Numbered from the stretch's first letter, positions 7,104 to 17,244 are shown. The stretch is 64,000 nt of DNA from Candidatus Bruticola sp. (GCA_051874735.1 JBJEGD010000004.1:96001-160000); one strand, 5' to 3'. Translations and numbers: made by a program. The notes: generated by a model not told the origin, from the letters alone.

Positions 7104-10019
7104 ATGAGTAAACTGACAGATGTGCTTTCCAAAGTTGAGAAAGATAAACACGTCGTCGAATGTAGTGTAGGCGGCCGTAAGATCCGCTTTGAAACTGGTG
7201 AAGTCGCCAAACAGGCTGGTGGTGCTGTAGTAGTAAGCAGCGGTGAAACTGTCGTTCTGGTTACTGTTTGTGCTAGTCCCTCACCTAGAGAGGGAGTTGA
7301 TTTCTTCCCCTTAACCGTCGATTATGAAGAGAGAATGTATGCCGTCGGCAAGATCCCTGGTGGTTGGATTAAGCGTGAAAGTCGTCCCCCTGAAAGAGCT
7401 ATTTTAGTCTCTCGTGTTATAGATCGTCCTTGCCGTCCTCTTTTCCCCGAGGGGTTCCGCAACGATGTACATATAGTCGGTTTATGTACTTCTGTTGATA
7501 ATGAAAATAACCCTGATGTTTTAGCGTTATGTGGAGCCGGTGCCGCTCTGTCTTTGTCCGATATACCCTTTGACGGCCCTGTGGCTGGAGTGCGCGTGGG
7601 TTATATTAATGGTCAATTTGTCATTAACCCTACTGAAACTGAACTGAAAAGCAGCACTTTGAATCTTACTGTAGCTGGCACTGAGAACAATATAAATATG
7701 GTTGAGTGCGGCTGTCAGGAAGTCCCTGAATCACTTTTAGTTGAAGCTTTTGAAGTTGCGCATGAAGCTATTCGTACAATCATTGATTCTATTAAAAAAT
7801 TAGCTACAGAATGTGGTAAACCTAAGGGAGATTATCCTGTTTATACTCCTAGTGCTGAACTTGAAGTACTGATAAGAAAGTATCAGTTTGACGAAATAGC
7901 TAAGGCTATGCGTGTTATAGAAAAACATGCTCGCGAAGTTGCTTTCGATGCGGTCAATTTAGCTGCCCTTAAGTCTGCTATAGAAGCTGATAACGAGCTT
8001 AGTGCTGAAGACAAAGCATCTGCTTTGGAAATCTGTGAAGCTTCCAGTGCTGAGAAAGATTATGCGGCCATTTCCAAGCACATCAAGGAAGATGAGCTTA
8101 TGACCATGATTGTCGATGAAGGTATTCGCCCAGATGGCCGCAAGGTGACTGAAATTCGTCCTCTATGGGCTAAAGTTGGCGTTATGCCCCGTACTCACGG
8201 CTCTGGTATATTTACACGCGGTCAAACTCAGGTGCTCTCTGCCTGTACTTTGGGTACCCTTTCTGAAGCTCAAACTTTTGATAACGTGTTCGGTGAGACT
8301 ACTCGCCGCTATATGCATCATTATAATTTCCCGCCTTTCAGTGTGGGAGAAGCTAAAGCGATGCGTAGTCCCGGACGTCGAGAAATCGGTCATGGTGCTT
8401 TAGCTGAAAGGGCTTTGCTGCCTGTCTTGCCCAGTGTTGAGGAGTTCCCGTATGCTATTCGTGTGGTTAGCGATGTCTTAGAATCTAATGGATCTAGTTC
8501 TATGGCTTCCACTTGTGGCAGCACATTAGCTTTGCTCGATGCAGGTGTTCCTTTAAAAGCTCCCGTTGCTGGTATCGCTATGGGGTTAATCAAAAAAGGC
8601 GACAACTATGTTGTTCTGACAGATATACAAGGCATGGAAGATGCTTTCGGTGAGATGGACTTTAAGGTTACCGGTACTGCTGAAGGTGTTACGGCTTTGC
8701 AGATGGACATCAAAATGAAGGGTGTCACTATGGAGATCCTGAGCAAGGCTTTGGCCCAGGCTCGTGCTGCCCGCTTAGAAATTTTGGAAATGATCCACGA
8801 AGTTATTCCGGAGCACCGTGCCAGTCTTTCTCCTTATGCTCCTAAGATTGTCACCATGCAAGTGGCTCCTGAGCGTATTAAAGACGTCATTGGGCCGGGC
8901 GGCAAAGTCATTAACAAGATTATTGCTGAAACTGGTGCTAAAGTTGAAATCGAAAATGACGGCAAAGTTTTTGTGGCTGCTTCTAACAGCGAAGCTGCCG
9001 ATAAGGCTTGCAAGATGATCAACGATTTGGTTCGTGAAGTTCAAGTCGGCGAAGTTTATGACGGTGTTGTCGCCCGTTTAATGGACTTTGGAGCCTTCAT
9101 AGAAATCTTGCCTGGCCGTGAGGGACTGCTCCATGTTTCAAAAATAAAGCCTTTCCACGTCCGCAGTGTAGAAGATGTGCTTCACGTAGGTGATGAGGTT
9201 AAGGTCAAAGTTGAGGAAATTGACAATTTAGGACGTATTAACCTGACTCGCAAAGGGCTTTGGAGTGAGGAAGAATTAGTTCAAGCTAATGCTCCGGTAG
9301 AGGTTGACGTTCGCGTTGAACGTCGTCCTAGAGCCGTCCGCCCTGAGCGTGTAGAACGTGTCGAACGTCCTGAGCGTATAGAGCGCCCTGAGCGTGTAGA
9401 ACGTGTCGAACGTCCTGAGCGTATAGAACGTCCTGAGCGTGTGGAACGTATCGAACATCCTGAACGTATAGAGCGTGCTGAACGCCCCGAGCGTACGGAG
9501 CGCCCTGAACGTGTTGAGCGTGTCGAACGCCCTGAGCGTATAGAGCGTTTAGATCGTTCCGATCGCTTAGAACATCTTGAGCGTTTAGAGCGTATTGATA
9601 ATGCGGATCGTTATGAGCGTCCAGAAAGAGTTTCTAAACGTTCTCGTCGCGAGCCTGAACGGGCCGACAGAGCTGCTGCCAGAGTATTGAGGGAAGAGCG
9701 TTCAGTGGCTCCTCGCTACCAAGAAGATATTTATGAATCTAGAGTGGTGCCAACTCGTCGTCGTGAAGTGGCTATGCGTGAGCCCATAATGCGTGAACCT
9801 AGCTACGATGAGCCTATAGTGCCAACTCGCCGTCGTGAAGTAGGATTTAGCGAGCGTGCGGTCAGTCGCCGTCGTGAGCCTATGTATGATGAAGTTCCTC
9901 CTATGCGCCGCCGTGAGCCTATTGTGCGTGAGCCTGCTTACGATGAGCCTAGACAGGATTTGCATCCCGACAGTGACGTCCCTACTCGCCATCGTCGCCG
10001 TCGTCGCTCTGAAATGTAA
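7104..10019 (+). CDS. pnp: Polyribonucleotide nucleotidyltransferase (PNPase) with a ~250-aa low-complexity C-terminal extension
   Basis: DFFPLTVDYEER, RREIGHG, ESNGSSSMAS, GEMDFKV, KH (IGPGGK) and S1 (FGAFIEI..EGLLHVS) motifs; follows rpsO. Confidence 0.97.
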   Translation: MSKLTDVLSKVEKDKHVVECSVGGRKIRFETGEVAKQAGGAVVVSSGETVVLVTVCASPSPREGVDFFPLTVDYEERMYAVGKIPGGWIKRESRPPERAILVSRVIDRPCRPLFPEGFRNDVHIVGLCTSVDNENNPDVLALCGAGAALSLSDIPFDGPVAGVRVGYINGQFVINPTETELKSSTLNLTVAGTENNINMVECGCQEVPESLLVEAFEVAHEAIRTIIDSIKKLATECGKPKGDYPVYTPSAELEVLIRKYQFDEIAKAMRVIEKHAREVAFDAVNLAALKSAIEADNELSAEDKASALEICEASSAEKDYAAISKHIKEDELMTMIVDEGIRPDGRKVTEIRPLWAKVGVMPRTHGSGIFTRGQTQVLSACTLGTLSEAQTFDNVFGETTRRYMHHYNFPPFSVGEAKAMRSPGRREIGHGALAERALLPVLPSVEEFPYAIRVVSDVLESNGSSSMASTCGSTLALLDAGVPLKAPVAGIAMGLIKKGDNYVVLTDIQGMEDAFGEMDFKVTGTAEGVTALQMDIKMKGVTMEILSKALAQARAARLEILEMIHEVIPEHRASLSPYAPKIVTMQVAPERIKDVIGPGGKVINKIIAETGAKVEIENDGKVFVAASNSEAADKACKMINDLVREVQVGEVYDGVVARLMDFGAFIEILPGREGLLHVSKIKPFHVRSVEDVLHVGDEVKVKVEEIDNLGRINLTRKGLWSEEELVQANAPVEVDVRVERRPRAVRPERVERVERPERIERPERVERVERPERIERPERVERIEHPERIERAERPERTERPERVERVERPERIERLDRSDRLEHLERLERIDNADRYERPERVSKRSRREPERADRAAARVLREERSVAPRYQEDIYESRVVPTRRREVAMREPIMREPSYDEPIVPTRRREVGFSERAVSRRREPMYDEVPPMRRREPIVREPAYDEPRQDLHPDSDVPTRHRRRRRSEM
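9339..9626 (+). repeat. In-frame 9-nt tandem repeat (about 32 R-x-E/D tripeptides) including a 45-nt duplication
   Basis: 9339-9383 and 9384-9428 are identical at 44 of 45 nt (cgccctgagcgtgtagaacgtgtcgaacgtcctgagcgtatagaR). Translation reads RPE RVE RVE RPE RIE... and degenerates towards the 3' end. Confidence 0.92.
9744..9950 (+). repeat. Second degenerate coding repeat in the pnp tail (PTRRRE / REPxxREPxYDEP units)
   Basis: Translation VVPTRRREV..REPIMREPSYDEP IVPTRRREV...RRREPMYDE..RRREPIVREPAYDEP. Confidence 0.7.
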
Positions 10020-10073
10020 AAAAGTCTGTCGGCCCTTTTTTTAATAAAATTAGAGTCGGCAGAACTGCGCTTT

Positions 10074-10124
10074 AATAATGAGGTCGAGTTCGCTTTATAT
10101 TCGAATTCGGCCTTATTATTTTTG
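10074..10124 (+). terminator. Intrinsic terminator after pnp
   Basis: 19-bp stem aataatgaggtcgagttcg (10074-10092) / cgaattcggccttattatt (10102-10120), with 3 G-U pairs, running into Ts. Confidence 0.7.
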
Positions 10125-10271
10125 GTATGTCGTTTGAGACTGTAACGAGACTGGGCGTGTTTATTAGTGTTATACCTAACTGGAAGGAGCTTAAACCGTC
10201 AGGCTGTATATAGTTTTTTTGCTTAGGACTTCGTACTTTTTTTTAGTATAGAGGGGCGCTTTATTTCAAGT

Positions 10272-12683
10272 ATGACTGCGGATAACAACACAAATATACA
10301 AGAGTATTTATCTGAAGTAGAGCGCGTGTTTACAGAAATAGTTCCTGCTTGCGTGGGCTACAGTGTGCGCGCTGAGCAGATTAAAATGGCTTTGGCTGCA
10401 GCGGAAGCTATAGCTCAAGGGCAGGTGCTTTTAGCTCAAGCCGGTACGGGTGTAGGCAAAACTTTAGCTTACTTGGTCCCTGGTGTAATCTGGCGTTTGC
10501 GCTACGGAGCAGGCCCTATTTTGGTGGCTACTTATACAACTAATTTACAGCAGCAAATTTTTGATAAAGATTATCCTTTTATGCGCGATCAATTAGGGTT
10601 ATCTTTTCGTTTAGTGCAAGCATTAGGCCGCACTCGCTATTTGTGCCTAATGAGATTTTATCGTTTGCTGAAGCACATTAATCAATATCCTCAATATGTG
10701 CAGATACTCGAAGCTATAAATGATTGTATCGAGATGGGCAATTACTCTCTGTTTCATGCTGAAATTCAGGAAGAAACTGTATCTTTGCGCGGTTTAGCGG
10801 CCGATTTTCGGCGTTTAACTAAGAATCTTTGCCCTTGGGATGATTCAATCTGGCCCCATATTTGCGCTGAATCAATAAGCTGTACTAAAAAAAGTTGTCG
10901 ATATTTTCATAATTGTTATTTTTATAAAGAGAGGGCTCAGCTAGCTGGAGCTGATGTCTGTGTTGCTAATCATGCTCTATTGTGCGCACTGTTGCCTCAA
11001 GATGGTATAAACCGTTTGCTCCCTCAGCTAAGTGCCTGTATTATTGATGAAGCTCATCATTTTGAAGATGTTGCTATGGAACAAATGTCCAGTTCATTTG
11101 ATTGGGCCTACAATAGTAAATTTTTTGATAGTTTTGCCCGTGTTGGTGACAAATTTGAAGCTTATTGGGCCGAGGATCATAAAGAAAATATTTTTATAGA
11201 AGATAACAGTAGAGAGCTGTTTGGGGAAACTTTAGTTCAAATTCCGAGTTTGCGTAGTTCAGAAGCCCACAAGCGTATTTTTCCCTCAGGTTGGTTTAGC
11301 GATATCGCCGAGGCTGTGCAAAGATTAAGTAGTCGTTTGTCTTACGGAAGTGAGGCCGATTTCTTTCGCAGCTTAAGCAGTTTTTATCGAGGTCCTTTTC
11401 AGGCTCTTTATGAAAGTGTGGCTCCTTATTTGCGTAATTTAGAACATTACTATGAAAATAAAGCTTATTGTTCTCTAGATTGTTTTGAACGGGGCTCTCG
11501 CTTAGCTATGCTTAACGATAAGTGGCTATCTGAATCTGGGATTTGGGGAGAAAGATTGGCTGATAGTGCTCAGTCTTTAAAAAATGCAGAAAATAGCTGT
11601 TTGGCTCATCTTAGAGAACTGGAAAGTTTATGGAAAGATATCTCTGAAGAATCAGAAATCAGCCTTAATGAAAATCAGCCGTCTATACTCATTTCAGCCG
11701 CTTTAGATCAGTTTAATGAGTTTATAAATAATTTTCATAATTGTCATGATATTAATGAAAGTAAAGTTTTAATGGGACATTGGTTAGAAAAAAGTAGGCG
11801 CGGTGTGCGCTTGCGAGCCGCTTTTGCTGATGTAAGTGAATATTTAGCTGAAAATTTTTGGAAACAAATGCCTGCTGCTGTAGCTACTTCTGCCACTTTA
11901 AAAGTGGAAAGCAGCTTCGATTTCTTCAGCTGCAGAGTTGGTACGGATAAATTAGAAAAATCTAGAGTTAGCAAAATTACTTGCAGCAGTCCGTTTAATT
12001 ACAAGTCTCAGGCTCTGCTAGCCGTCGCTAATGACTTAGTGCGAGCTGGCGTATCTGAAACTGCTGATGAGTCGTTTTTAACTTGTGCTGTACGTTTTAT
12101 TACTGAAACTGTTAAACTGTGGCAGGGACGTACATTAATTTTAGCTACTTCTCGTTATGAAGTGGAAAAAATTTATGAAATTCTGCATGAACCTCTTTCA
12201 AGATTAGGTATAAATTTAGTAAAGCAAATTAGTAATTTGAGGGCCGATCAGGTAGAGAGAATGCGCCGTGCCCGTCAGCATAAAGAAAAGATTGTACTTA
12301 TAGGCACCGACTCGTTTTGGGAGGGGGTAGACGTCTCAGGAGAAGCGTTGTCCTGTGTAATTATATTGCGCCTGCCTTTTACTTCTCCTGATAATCCGCT
12401 TTTTAAAATTCGTTCTAAACATATTGGCCCCCAAGCTTTTATTAAATATGCTCTGCCAATGGCTGTGTTAAAATTTCGCCAAGGTTTTGGGCGTTTAGTG
12501 CGTACAGAACATGATCGTGGCGTAGTCTTTGTTTTGGACAACCGCTTAGATTTAAAAAAAGGTAAGGGATACCGTCGCAGTTTTTTGAAGTCACTGCCCG
12601 ACTGTTCGATTATTTACAACAAAACTGATGCTCTGCTTCATCAGGCCTTTTATTGGTTTAGAACGGGGCAGCTTGAAAACTAA
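10272..12683 (+). CDS. dinG: ATP-dependent DNA helicase, DinG/YoaA family (Fe-S cluster)
   Basis: Walker A AGTGVGKT, IIDEAHH, TSATL, FWEGVDV and QGFGRLVRTEHDRG motifs; Cys cluster YLC...CTKKSCRYFHNC. Confidence 0.9.
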   Translation: MTADNNTNIQEYLSEVERVFTEIVPACVGYSVRAEQIKMALAAAEAIAQGQVLLAQAGTGVGKTLAYLVPGVIWRLRYGAGPILVATYTTNLQQQIFDKDYPFMRDQLGLSFRLVQALGRTRYLCLMRFYRLLKHINQYPQYVQILEAINDCIEMGNYSLFHAEIQEETVSLRGLAADFRRLTKNLCPWDDSIWPHICAESISCTKKSCRYFHNCYFYKERAQLAGADVCVANHALLCALLPQDGINRLLPQLSACIIDEAHHFEDVAMEQMSSSFDWAYNSKFFDSFARVGDKFEAYWAEDHKENIFIEDNSRELFGETLVQIPSLRSSEAHKRIFPSGWFSDIAEAVQRLSSRLSYGSEADFFRSLSSFYRGPFQALYESVAPYLRNLEHYYENKAYCSLDCFERGSRLAMLNDKWLSESGIWGERLADSAQSLKNAENSCLAHLRELESLWKDISEESEISLNENQPSILISAALDQFNEFINNFHNCHDINESKVLMGHWLEKSRRGVRLRAAFADVSEYLAENFWKQMPAAVATSATLKVESSFDFFSCRVGTDKLEKSRVSKITCSSPFNYKSQALLAVANDLVRAGVSETADESFLTCAVRFITETVKLWQGRTLILATSRYEVEKIYEILHEPLSRLGINLVKQISNLRADQVERMRRARQHKEKIVLIGTDSFWEGVDVSGEALSCVIILRLPFTSPDNPLFKIRSKHIGPQAFIKYALPMAVLKFRQGFGRLVRTEHDRGVVFVLDNRLDLKKGKGYRRSFLKSLPDCSIIYNKTDALLHQAFYWFRTGQLEN

Positions 12684-12704
12684 GCAACAGCCAAATAAGT
12701 AATT

Positions 12705-14267
12705 TTAAATGTCTGTTTCGATGCCTCCTTTCTTTGCCTTACGATCCTTGTCATCTACTAGTAGCTCACGTTTTAGGGTAATTTGAACTACGTTGTGGGA
12801 CATGCGGGCTCTATTTTTGGGCAACCTGGCAATAAAACCGCGCCATCCCCAGCGTTTTTTATCGTAGTCAAATAGATTGCGCTCTTCAACAACTCTAATG
12901 GCTTTGCACCATTTTTGTACTTCAAAAACATTCTGCAAAGTCCATAAAATTCTGGGACGCTGAGCACTCTCAGTTACATTGCTCATTTTTTTTGAAGAAT
13001 ATTTGGCATTTCTTTTTCGGGTTTTATCGGGAGCAGGTAAAGTAAGCTGATGATTTTCTTTCATTTCTTCATAAGAGGGTAGATCGAAAATTACATCAAT
13101 ATGGGCAAACTTGTGCGCTAATTTAGTAAGAAAATTCTTTATGGTATCTAACTCTATATAAGCAAAAATATCTTGAGCAATAATGACTTTGGGTTCATCT
13201 GCTTTGCTGATATTGTCTATCCAAGTAAAATCGGTGATGTTTTTAGCAATAACTTCTAATTTATCTGCTTTACTGAAAAAAGCTCTGCGCAGATCGAGAT
13301 TGAGAGGAACGTCTATATCTATCCATTTTTTATAATCTTTTTGCGGAATACGATGCAGGCGTGTATCCAGTCCAGGAGCTAGATTGATAATAGTAACGTC
13401 GTGATTTTTTTCTAAGAAGTTCTTAAGCATGCGATCTATTAGGTAGTCGCGCACTGCTAAGCCAACTTGATCAATGCCTAAATCAGCAAAATAGCTAAAA
13501 TCGTAGTTGATATTGCTGACAACGTCGAGAGCATTTTGATCGTCTAAAATGGGGACAGGCTGGCGAGATTCTAATGCTCTAGCCCATAAAGCGGCTAGTG
13601 TATTGTACGGATTACCCATATAAAAAAAAGGAATACGTCTGAAAACGCCGTCTTTTTGGGCGGTCAGACAGATTTTTCCATCTTCGCTGGTATTTACTTT
13701 GATATTGATGAACTTAGCTTGTTTGACAAAGTTATGCAGCTCTTCTGAGGTATAAACCCGCATACCAGGAATAAGATCGGTGTGTTTTTTAGAAGCTTCA
13801 GGGTCAAAACTGTCACAATATACGGCTACAGTTCCTCCTGGTTTGAGAACACGGTAAATTTCATTGAAAGCTTTTTCGACGTCTGTCCAAAAATATACAG
13901 TTTCGGAAGCAGTAACTACGTCGAACCAGGTATCAGAAAAAGGCAAATCGCAGACATCACCTAGTACGATTTTGGCCAATCCCATATTGACAGTTTCTTT
14001 ATTGTACGCTTCAGAAGCCTTGACGCTCAAAGGAGAGATATCTACGCCGTAAATTAAAGCGCTATGACATTTTTTGCGCAGCATGGCAATGTGATGTCCT
14101 CCGCCGCAACCTACATCGAGGACCGTTCCATTGATAGGAATTTCAAAAAATTGGCTGGCAAAGTGGAATAAAGGTATATGCTCTTTATTCATGCGCCGTA
14201 GAACGTAAGCTCCTCCCCATTTTATGCCGGGATTTGCAAAATTATGCATCCATTGCTTAAAAAACAC
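12705..14267 (-). CDS. Tandem SAM-dependent methyltransferase (class I domain + TcmP/LCM-like domain)
   Basis: N-half has VLDVGCGGG, GVDIS and RVLKPGG. C-half has LWARALES..PILDD and INLAPGLDTR..WIDID. Confidence 0.8.
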   Translation of the reverse strand: MFFKQWMHNFANPGIKWGGAYVLRRMNKEHIPLFHFASQFFEIPINGTVLDVGCGGGHHIAMLRKKCHSALIYGVDISPLSVKASEAYNKETVNMGLAKIVLGDVCDLPFSDTWFDVVTASETVYFWTDVEKAFNEIYRVLKPGGTVAVYCDSFDPEASKKHTDLIPGMRVYTSEELHNFVKQAKFINIKVNTSEDGKICLTAQKDGVFRRIPFFYMGNPYNTLAALWARALESRQPVPILDDQNALDVVSNINYDFSYFADLGIDQVGLAVRDYLIDRMLKNFLEKNHDVTIINLAPGLDTRLHRIPQKDYKKWIDIDVPLNLDLRRAFFSKADKLEVIAKNITDFTWIDNISKADEPKVIIAQDIFAYIELDTIKNFLTKLAHKFAHIDVIFDLPSYEEMKENHQLTLPAPDKTRKRNAKYSSKKMSNVTESAQRPRILWTLQNVFEVQKWCKAIRVVEERNLFDYDKKRWGWRGFIARLPKNRARMSHNVVQITLKRELLVDDKDRKAKKGGIETDI

Positions 14268-14384
14268 AGGTCAAAAATCTCCGCTGCTTATAAAAAATAA
14301 GGCAAAAAAGCTGCGCTGAAAATTATACCACATACATATGACAAACTGAAAAATCTTAGATAGTAAAATGGAATGTTTAAAACT

Positions 14385-15665
14385 CTATAGTGACGATTTT
14401 GTTTCTATGCTGTTAGCAAAAACGTTGAGCTTAATATGATCTCCAGGAAAACGGCAGCAATTAGTCATAGTCGGTTGAAAATATCGATAGTTTACAGGTT
14501 CATCCCATTCATAAAAAACATTGTGTCCGCATTGAAGCAGCAGATTATGGATAATTATCACCCAAGCGGCTGTTATAATTAGCTTGTGCCAGTTTAATGA
14601 GGATAAATAATTTATTCCTATAGCTGTGAGCAGCGCAAAGGCTGGCATAATAAAAATGAGATTGCGGGTAATAATCAGAGGTTGAATTAGTATGGATAAG
14701 ATTACATGCAGCAGCAAAGGTACTACTAACCACGCAGCCAAAGTTAAATAGAGCAAATCCCCTTTATTATGATATTCTTGCCAAGCTCTGTATAGACCGG
14801 CTATTAAAAAAATCAGTATTGAGAGTAAAGTAACTATTGAACTAATAGAATATAAATATTCTTTTAAACCAGCCTGACTGCAAAAAATATTTACTCCCAG
14901 TTGCCAACTTAATTCAGGATAGCTGTCCATTCTGGCTAGAGCTCCCCGATCAAAAAACGGCATTGGCAGAGCTGTAGCTAAGGCTGTTAAAATTGAAGCT
15001 ATTAAACCGGACTTTAAACGCACTCTAGCTGGATCTTTTGTAGAAGTGCGTTTTATAGCTAAACTTAGAATTAGCCAATGAGCCGGCAGTAAAGTAATAT
15101 TGTTTAAACTAATACCGATGTTAACTGCGGACATCACTATATATAGAAGCCAATTTTTTATATTGGGTTTGGCTAAAATATTAAAAAGTATTATGGTTAA
15201 AAGAATAGCAGCCAAAAGACTAAAAATGTGGTAGCGCAAATAATTTGAGTAGTATTGATGACATCCGTTAATGCTGAGTAGGGCAACAGCTAGTAAAGAG
15301 ATCCAGATAGAGGAGCAGCGCTTTCCTAAATGAAATAATGCCCACAAACTTAATATCCCCCCTATAAGTGAGCTAAAGCGATAGGCTGAAGTGGTTATAT
15401 CGCCCAATACTAGACAGCAGAACTCCTGCCAAGGATGCTGAATAAATTTATAATAGAATATGCCGTTAATTTCTATGGGCTCAGCTCCATGCTCGGGATA
15501 TATATATTCGCTTATAGAGCGGAAAGCAAGCGTATTGGTGCCTGGTTCATCTCGATATAAGCCGCAGCCCCTAAATTGGCCTGACCTAATAAAAAAAGCT
15601 CCGCTTAGCAGACATAATAAAAGGAAATATATGGTAATTTTAGTGTACAGAGAAGAAAATGTCAT
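14385..15665 (-). CDS. GT-C fold (GT39/ArnT/PMT-like) polytopic membrane glycosyltransferase
   Basis: GLYRDE after TM1, QHP, R.SSLIGG, YYS.YLRY and ITRNLIF motifs; about 10 TM segments; ATGA overlap with the upstream tatD. Confidence 0.65.
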   Translation of the reverse strand: MTFSSLYTKITIYFLLLCLLSGAFFIRSGQFRGCGLYRDEPGTNTLAFRSISEYIYPEHGAEPIEINGIFYYKFIQHPWQEFCCLVLGDITTSAYRFSSLIGGILSLWALFHLGKRCSSIWISLLAVALLSINGCHQYYSNYLRYHIFSLLAAILLTIILFNILAKPNIKNWLLYIVMSAVNIGISLNNITLLPAHWLILSLAIKRTSTKDPARVRLKSGLIASILTALATALPMPFFDRGALARMDSYPELSWQLGVNIFCSQAGLKEYLYSISSIVTLLSILIFLIAGLYRAWQEYHNKGDLLYLTLAAWLVVPLLLHVILSILIQPLIITRNLIFIMPAFALLTAIGINYLSSLNWHKLIITAAWVIIIHNLLLQCGHNVFYEWDEPVNYRYFQPTMTNCCRFPGDHIKLNVFANSIETKSSL

Positions 15666-16459
15666 AATTTAAAAAGTAAGCGTAAGTTATTTAAACAGCA
15701 GTTTTGAAAGTAACTACTTTCTACATTCCAATATGGGGCCATTGTTTGAGCTAAATTAAAAATTTGCTGCTGATTTAGCAATCCCCAGGGAGCATCGCTT
15801 TCCAAAATTAAGTTTTGTACGGGAATAACCTCAGCTAATAATTTTAATTTAACAGCAGAGGGACTGTTAGCCGAAGCTGTAGCGGCAGTGATGATTCGGC
15901 TGTTAAGGGAAATAAAAAATTTCATATTAATTAGACGTTTTCCTAATTCAGGACTGCCCCAGAATGAGTGAATGAGTAGTTTAGGACTATTCAAAAATTC
16001 ACATCTTTTAAATTCGGCCAGCATTTCAAATAGTTGGTTGTAGGCTTTTACGCAGTGAATAACCGCGGGTAGTTGATATTTAGCGGCCAGACAGTACTGG
16101 CGGTAAAAAAGTTCTTTTTGTAAAGCAAGATCTGCTTGGGGGTTGTGTATACGGTCGAAGCCTATTTCTCCTATACCGCAAGGCAGAGATGTCTCTTGGA
16201 GCAAACTTTCTAAAATATGCAGCCAATCATTTATTTTACGGGCACCGTTGTGCCTTGAATTCGATTCTGCGGCCGCTTGCCAGGGATGAATGCCCAAAAC
16301 GAAAGGACTTCCAGTCTCTTTCCCCCAACGGCGCAGCTCTTCCCATTGCTGAGGAGATGAGGAGGCGCCCACACCTTTAATTTTATAAATATTTGCTTTA
16401 TGGTTATTCTCTGCTTTAGCAAGGCAGTCTAGAGGATGAAAATGGCCGTCTAAGAGCAA
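15662..16459 (-). CDS. TatD-family hydrolase (YjjV-like)
   Basis: DGHFH, GIHPW, IGEIGFD, IHCVKA, IHSF and LESDAP motifs. Confidence 0.85.
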   Translation of the reverse strand: MLLDGHFHPLDCLAKAENNHKANIYKIKGVGASSSPQQWEELRRWGKETGSPFVLGIHPWQAAAESNSRHNGARKINDWLHILESLLQETSLPCGIGEIGFDRIHNPQADLALQKELFYRQYCLAAKYQLPAVIHCVKAYNQLFEMLAEFKRCEFLNSPKLLIHSFWGSPELGKRLINMKFFISLNSRIITAATASANSPSAVKLKLLAEVIPVQNLILESDAPWGLLNQQQIFNLAQTMAPYWNVESSYFQNCCLNNLRLLFKL

Positions 16460-16649
16460 GTTGTTGTATTTCTCCTTGTTGCTGGGGACCGTTATATTTT
16501 TGGCGTTATTATATAGCTTGGTGAGTTAAAGTTTGCAATATATCAAAGATTCAAGGTTGCAAAAAGGATCTGGCTCCCTTATTAGGAAGCTCTTTTGCGT
16601 TTGCTGAAAGGCATCTTATTTTTGCCATGCTGAATTGGAGGAATATAAT

Positions 16650-17162
16650 ATGAAAATTACTGAGGCTATCGCTAAGCGCCGCAGTGTCCGCCGTTATAAA
16701 GCTGGAGAGGTTATTCCTCGCGAACATTTTAAGCAAATTTTAGAGGCAGCTATGATGGCGCCTAGTGCCTGTAATTCTCGTCCTTGGGAGTTTTACGTAG
16801 TCTCCGATCGCCAGACTCTCAATCGTTTGCAGAAGGTTATGCCTTATGCTTCTATGCTCAGTACTGCTTCGGCCGCTATAGTTGTTTACGCTTTGCCTGA
16901 AGTACAGAAGGGTGGCATCCCTGAAGGATATTGGGTGGTAGATTGCGGAGCCTGCACAGAAAATATTCTTTTGGAAGCCGCCAATTTGGGATACGGAACT
17001 TGTTGGTGCGGAGTCTATCCCAAAGAGAAAAATATTGAGGGTATATGCTCTGTATTAGGTACTAAGGGAGTGCCCTACAGCTTAATAGCTATAGGTGTGC
17101 CTGATGAAGATCCAGCAGCTAGAGGTCATTACGAAGCCTCTAAAGTTCACTTTATTGAATAA
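16650..17162 (+). CDS. Nitroreductase family protein
   Basis: RRSVRRY, APSACNSRPWEF and LGYGTCW motifs; GGAGG at 16637-16641 before ATG 16650. Confidence 0.92.
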   Translation: MKITEAIAKRRSVRRYKAGEVIPREHFKQILEAAMMAPSACNSRPWEFYVVSDRQTLNRLQKVMPYASMLSTASAAIVVYALPEVQKGGIPEGYWVVDCGACTENILLEAANLGYGTCWCGVYPKEKNIEGICSVLGTKGVPYSLIAIGVPDEDPAARGHYEASKVHFIE

Positions 17163-17196
17163 TTATATACCCTTTAGTTGCTGAGGGGCCGCCCAT

Positions 17197-17240
17197 AAGG
17201 GCCCTGCGTTCTTTATAAGAATAAAAAACGCAGGGCCCTT
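17197..17240. terminator. Probable bidirectional terminator between convergent genes
   Basis: Perfect 14-bp stem aagggccctgcgtt (17197-17210) / aacgcagggccctt (17227-17240). Confidence 0.75.
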
Positions 17241-17244
17241 TACT

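Noticed and set aside
9339-9626. Tandem repeats as a possible CRISPR array
   Set aside because: They are 9-nt in-frame coding units with no unique spacers, and there are no cas genes in the window.
9276-9992. Antisense ORFs (60 and 96 aa) over the pnp tail
   Set aside because: Shadow ORFs produced by the stop-poor repeat; no SD or independent coding signal.
10272-12683. DinG as a type IV CRISPR (CasDinG) or defence helicase
   Set aside because: No csf/cas genes or array nearby. It has an Fe-S motif and a housekeeping context.
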